Part shown: positions 48,991 to 56,250 of the stretch, piece after piece | Position numbering within the stretch: position 1 is the stretch's first letter | Layout of the letters: each line of letters opens with the position of its first letter | Source: an uncultured Candidatus Saccharibacteria bacterium | GTDB lineage: Bacteria; Patescibacteriota; Minisyncoccia; UBA6257; CAYRSR01 | Reading direction: 5' to 3' | Assembly: GCA_964427275.1 (NCBI GenBank) | Contig: CAYRSR010000004.1 | Location: 2,769-66,768, forward strand | DNA length: 64,000 nt | The notes under the pieces: model-generated | Told to the model about the DNA's origin: nothing | Database searches by the model: none | Seen by the model: only the letters and a program-made list of their open reading frames with translations | Translations under genes and position numbers: made by a program

Positions 48991-49076
48991 AGTAAATGTA
49001 AAATTAAAAAATCAAAATTCAAAATGATTTAATGTTAAAATTTATAAATTGAAAATTGAAAATTGATTTTTGTATT
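48988..49076 (-). repeat. Short member of the heptamer element family
   Basis: Minus strand AATACAAAAATCAATTTTCAATTTTCAATT...TTTTGATTTTTTAATTTTACATTTACTATG; both ends resemble copy 2. Confidence 0.75.
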
Positions 49077-49286
49077 TTATTGTCTGGCGCGTTTTCTTCT
49101 CTGTTCGAATTTTTCTACTCTTTTAGCAGTATCTACAATCTTTTTTTCTCCGGTGTAAAATGGATGGCAGTTACTGCAAATTTCTATTTTCATTTCTGGC
49201 TTGGTAGATCCAACTACAAAAACCTTTCCACAACTGCATTTTACCTTAGCTTCAGGATAATATTTTGGATGGATGTTTTTTTTCAT
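49077..49286 (-). CDS. rpmE: 50S ribosomal protein L31 (Zn-binding form)
   Basis: [29 protein letters not shown]; ATG at 49286. Confidence 0.97.
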   Translation of the reverse strand: MKKNIHPKYYPEAKVKCSCGKVFVVGSTKPEMKIEICSNCHPFYTGEKKIVDTAKRVEKFEQRRKRARQ

Positions 49287-49345
49287 AAACTTCATTATAA
49301 GCATATTTTAATGATTGACAAGATTACTTGCAAAAATTAAAGACC

Positions 49346-49463
49346 TTGACAAGAATATAGAAAAATGATATTTAGTTTGTTAACGGATATGGAGATAATG
49401 TAAAATCTGGGGTGTCTTAAAGTTTATTAGTAACTTGAAAATTTAATAAGGTTAGAAGGAGGT
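49346..49463 (+). promoter_or_regulatory. Sigma70 promoter, boxA-like element and strong SD
   Basis: TTGACA 49346, TGaTATTTA, TAACTTGAAA 49431, AAGGAGGT 49456. Confidence 0.55.
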
Positions 49464-49470
49464 TTTAGTA

Positions 49471-50175
49471 ATGAGAAAATGCTTGGTTTTTGATGGTGAT
49501 GATACTTTATGGTTCAATGCTTATAAGTATCACCTGCCAATGATTAAGTGTCTGGAAATTATCTGTAAGGAATTAAAAGAAAAAAGTGTTCATCCATTGG
49601 AACTACTTAAGCTTCACAACCATATTGACAAAGAAATGGTAGCTAAGGCTGGATTTAAGAAAGACAGGTTTCCTTTAAGTTTTGTAAAAACTTATAGGAG
49701 AATATGCAAGGAAAGGAATTTAATTCCTGAAAGAAGAGTTGAACAAAAGCTACTTAGCAAAGCTTATAAGTTTGCAATTCCTCCTTTTCCTTTAGTAAAA
49801 GGAGCAAGGAAAGTTTTAAGGAAGTTAAAGAAGCGAGGGTATTATCTGGTACTTCTTACAGCAGGAGATAGAAAGTTACAGAAAGAAAAAATAAGATATA
49901 ATAGCTTGGAAAGATATTTTGACCAAATTATTATTACTCCACTGAATAAGAAAGAAAAATTGAAAAAGCTGGCTAAAAAATTTGGCAAGGAAAATGTCTG
50001 GATGATTGGAAATTCTAAAAAGTCAGATATAAAAGCAGCGTTACAAATTCCAGTTAAAGCAATCTATATTCCCTGTTTTACCTGGGACTATGAGGATGTT
50101 GAACTGGATAAAAAGCTTTATAGAAAGTATGTGATAGAATGTCGGAATTTGGTTCAACTCCTGGAAATTTTTTAA
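49471..50175 (+). CDS. HAD-superfamily hydrolase
   Basis: FDGDDTLW, LLTAGD, MIGNSKKSDI. Confidence 0.9.
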   Translation: MRKCLVFDGDDTLWFNAYKYHLPMIKCLEIICKELKEKSVHPLELLKLHNHIDKEMVAKAGFKKDRFPLSFVKTYRRICKERNLIPERRVEQKLLSKAYKFAIPPFPLVKGARKVLRKLKKRGYYLVLLTAGDRKLQKEKIRYNSLERYFDQIIITPLNKKEKLKKLAKKFGKENVWMIGNSKKSDIKAALQIPVKAIYIPCFTWDYEDVELDKKLYRKYVIECRNLVQLLEIF

Positions 50176-50206
50176 TCAAGTATTGAAGGTAAAAGGAGGA
50201 GGTTTA

Positions 50207-50509
50207 ATGAAACTAAATAAAATGGTAGTGTTGTTTGATCCATTTTTGAATGCCGGTAAGCCACTTGTTTGTATACCTTTTAATGTTGAAAGAAAATTAA
50301 TTGAACTGAATGGTAAAAGGATGCTTTTAAAGGATGCAGTTAGAGAAATTAAAAAGGAAGTAAAGAAAATGGGTGAAGCTTGTGATGCTAAAATAGTAGT
50401 TCAGTCTGATAGGATTATTCTGAGAGTTATTGAATGGAAATTAACCGGTAGTACATGGCGAATAGGCCGAATTTATAAGTGCGTACTACTTAGATATCAT
50501 CAGGATTAA
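50207..50509 (+). CDS. Hypothetical protein
   Basis: AGGAGGAGGT SD before ATG 50207. Confidence 0.7.
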   Translation: MKLNKMVVLFDPFLNAGKPLVCIPFNVERKLIELNGKRMLLKDAVREIKKEVKKMGEACDAKIVVQSDRIILRVIEWKLTGSTWRIGRIYKCVLLRYHQD

Positions 50510-50524
50510 ATATTTCTTTTTATC

Positions 50525-50549
50525 AGCCCGGTTAAAGCCGGGCTTTTTT
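50525..50549 (+). terminator. Intrinsic terminator between convergent genes
   Basis: AGCCCGG-TTAAAG-CCGGGCT followed by TTTTT. Confidence 0.85.
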
Positions 50550-51626
50550 ACAGTTTGTTCTATCTAGGGACTCTGTAGCTGTAGCTGGAATAAATTTTAT
50601 TATGTTTTTAACTTCGCTTATTTTAAACTTTCCTTGGATAAACTTTTCAATTACCCAGAGATTAGTCTTGCAGTGTTTAGTAATCCTTGAAACTGAAATT
50701 GTGCTACTTTCAGAAGCTAAACTTATATATGGTAAAATCTGATCAGCTAAATATCTATCCAGTGTAGCATTAGATTCAAATTCTTCCAAAAATTGCATTG
50801 CTACCTCTTTTCCTACTTGTTCAGCTGGTTTTCCTATCTTTCCCAGATTATCTGAACCAATCACTGTATTTTCAAACCAGCCAACAATATTTATCTGACT
50901 TCCGGTACTCAGGCTGGGATAATATTCGACTTGAGTTTCAATGTTAGAAGTTATTTTTTCGATTATTGATTTTGCTGAATTTAGTTGTCTCTCGGCTACT
51001 TGATTGTGTTTTAATTTAATTGATGCTCCAGAAATTATTTGAATTTTTTTTAACTTTCCACGCTCAATTAAGTTAAGAGGAAGGATTTTAGAAACAGGAC
51101 TGATTTTAACTCTTACTTTTGCTCCTCCTTCAGGATAGAATCCCCGGTTTAAAATCTTAATGTCAATATCTTTGATGCCCAACTTAGACAGAATTTCAAG
51201 CAACACTAACCTAGTATAATCAATAGTTGGAGCAAAGAATGTATCAGTTGCTCCACCATCAAAAGTTACAATTACCGGAGTTTGCTTTTTTGATGAATTA
51301 GCAAACAGTGCCGGTAGCATTAAGGTTTGAAGAATTAAGGTAATACTTCCGGCAGTAGGGATTTTTATGGTTAGTTCCCTGGCTTTGGTCTCTCCGGGGT
51401 AAAAAAATATTTCTTCAGAATTAAGCTTATCTCCAATTAGTCTTGTATTACATAGCTTAGCTAAAGACCTTATTCCAAGGAGATGTTGAGTTTTAAGCCC
51501 AGGTTTTGGTCTATTTTTTCTAATATTTTTTATGTGACAAGGAATTTTTAAAACTGCTGAAAGTGAGCAAGCAGTTCTTAATATTTGTCCTCCCCCTTCC
51601 AAATATGAGCCATCAATCTCTATCAT
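50532..51626 (-). CDS. rtcA: RNA 3'-terminal phosphate cyclase
   Basis: IDGSYLEGGGQILRT, RPKPGLKTQH, RGFYPEGG, LADQ, catalytic His in TKHCKTN. Confidence 0.95.
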   Translation of the reverse strand: MIEIDGSYLEGGGQILRTACSLSAVLKIPCHIKNIRKNRPKPGLKTQHLLGIRSLAKLCNTRLIGDKLNSEEIFFYPGETKARELTIKIPTAGSITLILQTLMLPALFANSSKKQTPVIVTFDGGATDTFFAPTIDYTRLVLLEILSKLGIKDIDIKILNRGFYPEGGAKVRVKISPVSKILPLNLIERGKLKKIQIISGASIKLKHNQVAERQLNSAKSIIEKITSNIETQVEYYPSLSTGSQINIVGWFENTVIGSDNLGKIGKPAEQVGKEVAMQFLEEFESNATLDRYLADQILPYISLASESSTISVSRITKHCKTNLWVIEKFIQGKFKISEVKNIIKFIPATATESLDRTNCKKARL

Positions 51627-51649
51627 GGTGATAACTTTAAAAAGAGTAG

Positions 51650-52270
51650 TTAGGAGTGACTTAGTAAGTCTTTTCTGGTTAGAAATCCTGGACCAACAGT
51701 AGTATTTGGCATAACCAAACTTCTTTTTCCTAATAAAGTTCCTGGCATAGTGACTGCATTACAACCAAGCTTTGAATAATCACCTATTGCTGCTCCAAAT
51801 TTTTTGAGTCCGGTAGCAATTCCTTCAACATAAATCTCTTTATAGTTTAATTTTAAGTTGGCTAATTTAACTCCAGCTCCTAAATTTACATTGTTTCCGA
51901 TTATACTATCACCAACGTAATTAAAATGTGCCATTCTGGAGTTATCAAGCACAATTGACTTTTTAAGTTCACAGCAATGTCCAATTAAGCAATTTCGACC
52001 AATAATTGCTGGGCCTCTAATTTTGCTAAAGGCTAAAATTTTACTATTTTCACCAATAATTACCTTTCCAGAAATTTTAACCGGTTGTTCAATTTTTACT
52101 CCTTTTTCAGAATAAATATTAGATTGAAGCTGATTGACTTTAAAAAATTGCTCTATAAACTCTTCTAGCTTAATTAAAACCTGCCAGGGATACTTGCACG
52201 ATTCAAAAACCTGTTTCAAGAAAAAGTCATCCAGTGTAAAAAAATTTTCTGGCTTTAAAATTTTCTTCAT
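51650..52270 (-). CDS. Left-handed beta-helix acetyltransferase (GlmU C-terminal-like)
   Basis: Hexapeptide repeats, HFNYVGDSIIG, NLGAG, KFGAAIGD. Confidence 0.88.
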   Translation of the reverse strand: MKKILKPENFFTLDDFFLKQVFESCKYPWQVLIKLEEFIEQFFKVNQLQSNIYSEKGVKIEQPVKISGKVIIGENSKILAFSKIRGPAIIGRNCLIGHCCELKKSIVLDNSRMAHFNYVGDSIIGNNVNLGAGVKLANLKLNYKEIYVEGIATGLKKFGAAIGDYSKLGCNAVTMPGTLLGKRSLVMPNTTVGPGFLTRKDLLSHS

Positions 52271-52315
52271 TACCTAATAGTTTATTTTAATTAACTTTGA
52301 ATGTAAAGTTAGGGA

Positions 52316-52398
52316 TTGACAGGATTTTAAAATTGTGATATAAGCTCTTGGGTAACTTAAAAATCATATATGGCTAATAATTGACTAAAAGGAGGTGA
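52316..52398 (+). promoter_or_regulatory. Sigma70 promoter, boxA-like element and strong SD
   Basis: TTGACA 52316, TGaTATAAG, GTAACTTAAAAA 52352, AAGGAGGTGA 52389. Confidence 0.6.
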
Positions 52399-52403
52399 TT
52401 TAA

Positions 52404-53237
52404 GTGAAGATTGATGGCTGGAGAATTGGAAAGGTATTTGGAATTGAGCTGAGATTACACTGGAGCGTGTTTCTACTAGCTGGCTTGATTGCCTGGAGTT
52501 TAGCTACAAGAATTCCCGCTGTAGTTCCCGGGATTCCAGTAATTTATCGCTGGCTGAGTGGAGTTATTGCTGGCCTGGGTTTAATTTTTTCAATTGTCTG
52601 GCATGAGCTAGCTCATTCAAGAATGGCTATTCACTATGGGTTAAGGCCCAGGAAAATAACCTTATTTCTATTTGGGGGAGCAGCTGAATTTGAAAAGGAG
52701 GAGTTTAAATCTCCAAAAGAGGAATTTTTCATCTCAGTTGTAGGACCGATTTCAAGTTTGGTTTTTGCTGGAATATGTTATGGTCTGGCTTTAATTTTAG
52801 AGGCAATTAATTTTCCGACAGGTCTGGTATATTTTAAGTTAGCTACCATCCTGAGTTTATCCTGGCTGACTGTAATTAATTTTGTTTTGGCAGTATTTAA
52901 TCTCTTTCCAGTTTTCCCAATGGATGGGGGAAGAGTACTTAGAGCAGTAATCTGGAAATTTAATCATGACATTGTAAAAGCTACTAAAATATCAGTAAAA
53001 TTAGCTAAAATCTTTGGAGTAATTCTGGTGTTGATTGGCTATTTAATAGGAGGGATAGGAAATCTTCTCTGGATTGGATTGATTGTCTGGTTTTTTATTA
53101 TACCAGCTGCAGAACAAGAGTATTTGGCAACTAGAATAAAATACGATCCAGATTTTAGAGAGAAAGTTAGGGAAATGATAAAAGAGAGATATCAAAAAGA
53201 GCTAGAAGAACTTGAAAAGTTAATCAAAGATAATTAA
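52404..53237 (+). CDS. Site-2 protease (M50 family)
   Basis: HELAH, LFGG, GP, FNLFPVFPMDGGR. Confidence 0.93.
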   Translation: MKIDGWRIGKVFGIELRLHWSVFLLAGLIAWSLATRIPAVVPGIPVIYRWLSGVIAGLGLIFSIVWHELAHSRMAIHYGLRPRKITLFLFGGAAEFEKEEFKSPKEEFFISVVGPISSLVFAGICYGLALILEAINFPTGLVYFKLATILSLSWLTVINFVLAVFNLFPVFPMDGGRVLRAVIWKFNHDIVKATKISVKLAKIFGVILVLIGYLIGGIGNLLWIGLIVWFFIIPAAEQEYLATRIKYDPDFREKVREMIKERYQKELEELEKLIKDN

Positions 53238-53243
53238 AAATTT

Positions 53244-53284
53244 ACCCCGCTAGGTTAACGACAATCTGGCGGGGTTTAATTTTT
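53244..53284 (+). terminator. Intrinsic terminator
   Basis: ACCCCGCTAG...CTGGCGGGGT followed by T-rich tract. Confidence 0.8.
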
Positions 53285-53312
53285 ATTGAAATTTATTATC
53301 ATTAAACTAAAA

Positions 53313-53879
53313 ATGGAAAAATATATTTTATCTATTAAAAGCTATATATTGGTTTCTTCTATAGTATTTTTAGCTGGGATAATATTGGGTTATTTACTCA
53401 GTTACTTTTTCCCCAATGATGTTCAAGTAGTTGTTGACCACTTAAAAAAGGCTTTTGAACCATTAGCCCAATGGCATCCAATTCACAAGTTCATATTTGT
53501 ATTTTTAAATAATGTTTCTACCTGTTTTTTAGTGATTTTATTGGGAATTGTATTTGGAATAGTTCCAATATTCAGTTGCTTGCTTAATGGAGAAATTTTA
53601 GGAGTTTTAGCTTACCTGTATCCTCAAAATTTTTTGATCAAAGTTCTGCCCCATGGAATTATTGAAATTCCGGCATTTATTTTGGCTGTTGCCTGTGGTA
53701 TAAAAATAGGGAAGTTGGCCTTAGTTAAAATTTTAAAAAGGAAAAAATCAATTAATTTTAGATTAGAATTTACTCTAACTATTAGAGTATTGATGAAAAT
53801 TATTGTTCCAGCCTTAATAATTGCAGCAGCTATAGAAATATTTATCACTCCCTACTTAGTAGATATAATAAGCTTATGA
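53313..53879 (+). CDS. SpoIIM-family membrane protein
   Basis: FLNN, NGEILG, LPHGIIEIPA, AAAIEIFITP. Confidence 0.9.
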   Translation: MEKYILSIKSYILVSSIVFLAGIILGYLLSYFFPNDVQVVVDHLKKAFEPLAQWHPIHKFIFVFLNNVSTCFLVILLGIVFGIVPIFSCLLNGEILGVLAYLYPQNFLIKVLPHGIIEIPAFILAVACGIKIGKLALVKILKRKKSINFRLEFTLTIRVLMKIIVPALIIAAAIEIFITPYLVDIISL

Positions 53880-54565
53880 AACTAGTTGGATTCAAAAAGT
53901 TGCTACAGGATTCCTTAAATCTGTACCGGAAGAACTTTAAAGATTTACTAATAATATCGACTTTGTTTTTTGGTATTCCGGCTATGCTGGGAGGTTTGGT
54001 TGGCGTAGAGCCAGCTGAACTTTCAAAATTTTATTGGCCAGAATTGAAAGGTCTATTTCAAAATGCAATATTTGTTTTACCTCTAAGGCAGTTTGTAATA
54101 GTTATTTTGCTTGCTTTTTTAATGAATAACTTTGGAACCGCTTTAATTGTGTCTTATCTAAAGCACTATCAGATTAACCAATCCTTTAAAGAAACTTTAT
54201 CCAAGTATGGCTTCTTTTTATGGACGTCTTTACTTTCGGGGATAATTATCAGTCTTGGAGTACTAGTTTTTATAATTCCTGGAGTTTTAGCTTATGTCTT
54301 TTTCATTCTTTCTAACTATTTGGTCATTTACGAAAATAAAGTCGGAATTGATGCTTTAATTGAAAGTGCAAGACTGGTTAAAAAATGCTTTACAGGAATA
54401 GCTTTGAGAATTCTTGGTCTAATTTCTATCTTATTTTTGTTTTCAGCTGGTTTAAGTTTCATTCCCTATCTTGGAAATATAGTTTTTAGCGTTCTTTTAA
54501 TTCCATTCTCAATAATTTACTACTATTTAATCTACAACCAATTAAAGAAAGTAATTATTTCTTAA
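53876..54565 (+). CDS. Conserved polytopic membrane protein
   Basis: FIIPG, ALIESARLVK pattern; about six TMs. Confidence 0.75.
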   Translation: MKLVGFKKLLQDSLNLYRKNFKDLLIISTLFFGIPAMLGGLVGVEPAELSKFYWPELKGLFQNAIFVLPLRQFVIVILLAFLMNNFGTALIVSYLKHYQINQSFKETLSKYGFFLWTSLLSGIIISLGVLVFIIPGVLAYVFFILSNYLVIYENKVGIDALIESARLVKKCFTGIALRILGLISILFLFSAGLSFIPYLGNIVFSVLLIPFSIIYYYLIYNQLKKVIIS

Positions 54566-55334
54566 TTAGCTTTTTTAATAGTGAACTTTCTCCTATTCTT
54601 ATTTTTTTTGGATCTAAATCAATATCTCCATCAGTTCTTCCCGAGGTTGCTGAAAGCAACTCGGTTAAGTTTTCAGGCCTTACTCCACCAGCTATTTTCA
54701 CTCCCCGGCTAAAATTTTCCCTCATTATTTTTAAATGCTCTGACTTTGCTCCAAATTTACCAAATCCGGTTGAGGTTTTAATGAAATCAACTTTTAATTT
54801 CTCGGCTATCTGGCAGGCAGTTTTTATTTGTTGATTATCCAGCTGACAGTTTTCAAAAATTAGCTTTAATAAACCATTATATCTGTGAACTAAGTCAACT
54901 ATTGCTTCAATCTCTTTTTCTACATATTCTAAGTCTTTTTGTTTTAATCTTTCATAGTTTAATACCATATCAATCTCCTGGGCTCCATCTTCTAGAGCTA
55001 GTCTGGTTTCAGCTAGCTTAAACTTAGTAGAATACCAGCTTCCATCTGGAAAACCAACTACAGAAGCTATAACTACTTTTTTTTGATGTTCATCTAAAAA
55101 TTTTTTAGCCCAGCTCACATCTTCAGGGCGGACGCATATAGCATAAGGTAGATATTTAAAGTTAATTGTCTCGTTTAGAAATGAATAAAACTCTTCCTTT
55201 CTTTTAGATGGAGCATCAATTCCGGAATTTCTATAAGCTTCGGAGCGATTTAGGAAAGTATGGTCACAAATCGAGGCAATGTCCTCTAAAGAGATTTTAC
55301 TAATTTGCTTTAGCTTTGAATCGGATTGATTCAT
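54555..55334 (-). CDS. deoC: Deoxyribose-phosphate aldolase
   Basis: CDHTFL, VVGFP, GAQEIDMV, DFIKTSTGF, KIAGG. Confidence 0.95.
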   Translation of the reverse strand: MNQSDSKLKQISKISLEDIASICDHTFLNRSEAYRNSGIDAPSKRKEEFYSFLNETINFKYLPYAICVRPEDVSWAKKFLDEHQKKVVIASVVGFPDGSWYSTKFKLAETRLALEDGAQEIDMVLNYERLKQKDLEYVEKEIEAIVDLVHRYNGLLKLIFENCQLDNQQIKTACQIAEKLKVDFIKTSTGFGKFGAKSEHLKIMRENFSRGVKIAGGVRPENLTELLSATSGRTDGDIDLDPKKIRIGESSLLKKLIKK

Positions 55335-55500
55335 CTTCGATGAAGAGGGTAATAGGATTCTTTGAATCCTTTCCTAATTTTCTTGGGTAATTTTACTGGT
55401 TTCCCGTTATGTTCAGCAATCCATCTTTGTTTCCCCTGTAAGGGTTCAAAAATATCTCTGGTAGGTGCTTTTTCTTTTTTGCTTTTTCTTTTTTAGTCAT
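55331..55500 (-). pseudogene. Small basic ORF frameshifted by a 14-bp tandem duplication
   Basis: ATGACT(AAAAAAGAAAAAGC)x2; with one copy the frame runs to a TGA overlapping the deoC ATG (ATGA). Confidence 0.55.
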
Positions 55501-55540
55501 TGGTCTAATACTAGTGAATTACTATTAAAAAATCAAGGTA

Positions 55541-55602
55541 TTGACATTTGGATTTAAATGATGTATTTTAACTAAAAATTTGTTCTTTGATAAAAAGGAG
55601 GT
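55541..55602 (+). promoter_or_regulatory. Sigma70 promoter, boxA-like element and strong SD
   Basis: TTGACA 55541-17-TATTTT, TTGTTCTTTGATAA 55580, AAGGAGGT 55595. Confidence 0.6.
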
Positions 55603-55609
55603 TGGTAGA

Positions 55610-56182
55610 ATGAATTTAAAGCAGTTAAAGAAAGAAATTAGTAAGATTAAAATTAGATGGGAGGATAAGGATAGGGTTAGAGAAAAATTACTAGTTCTGG
55701 GTCGGAAGGTAATCAGGCTTTCCGGCAAGGCAATAAAGTTTATTCATAATGGTAACTTAACTAAAGCTGGAGAGTTAATAGAAGAGGCCAAATCTTTGAA
55801 TTTAGCTGCACGCAAGCTTTCTAGAGAATATTCTGACCTGTATTATAATTATACCAAAAATGCTCAAAAGGAGCTGGTGGAAGCGGTAGCTCTAATTTCA
55901 ATTTTGACTGATAGAAATATTCCTACTCGGGATGAATTAAAAGTGGAATGTACTGCATATGCTAATGGGTTAGGAGAAGTAATTGGAGAGTTAAGGAGAT
56001 ATGTTTTAAATTGTTTAAATGAGGGACAATCTGAAAAAGCTCAACAAATTTTTGATTTGATGCAGGAAATCTTTAATATTCTGACAACATTGAATGTTTT
56101 CCCATCTAAGATTAATGGTGGTTTTCGAAGGACAATAGATGTAGCTAGAAATTTGATTGTAAAGACAAAGGAATATTTTTAA
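55610..56182 (+). CDS. Translin/Trax family protein (archaeal-like)
   Basis: DRVREKLL, AIKFIH, QKELVEA, YANGLGEVIGELRR, RRTIDVAR; ATG at 55610. Confidence 0.88.
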   Translation: MNLKQLKKEISKIKIRWEDKDRVREKLLVLGRKVIRLSGKAIKFIHNGNLTKAGELIEEAKSLNLAARKLSREYSDLYYNYTKNAQKELVEAVALISILTDRNIPTRDELKVECTAYANGLGEVIGELRRYVLNCLNEGQSEKAQQIFDLMQEIFNILTTLNVFPSKINGGFRRTIDVARNLIVKTKEYF

Positions 56183-56188
56183 TAACTT

Positions 56189-56213
56189 AAGGCAGCTGAA
56201 AAGCTGCCTTTTT
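56189..56213 (+). terminator. Intrinsic terminator
   Basis: AAGGCAGCT-GAAA-AGCTGCCTT followed by TTT. Confidence 0.88.
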
Positions 56214-56250
56214 AATTTTAAAAAAATAAAATTTATGCTATACTAGAATA

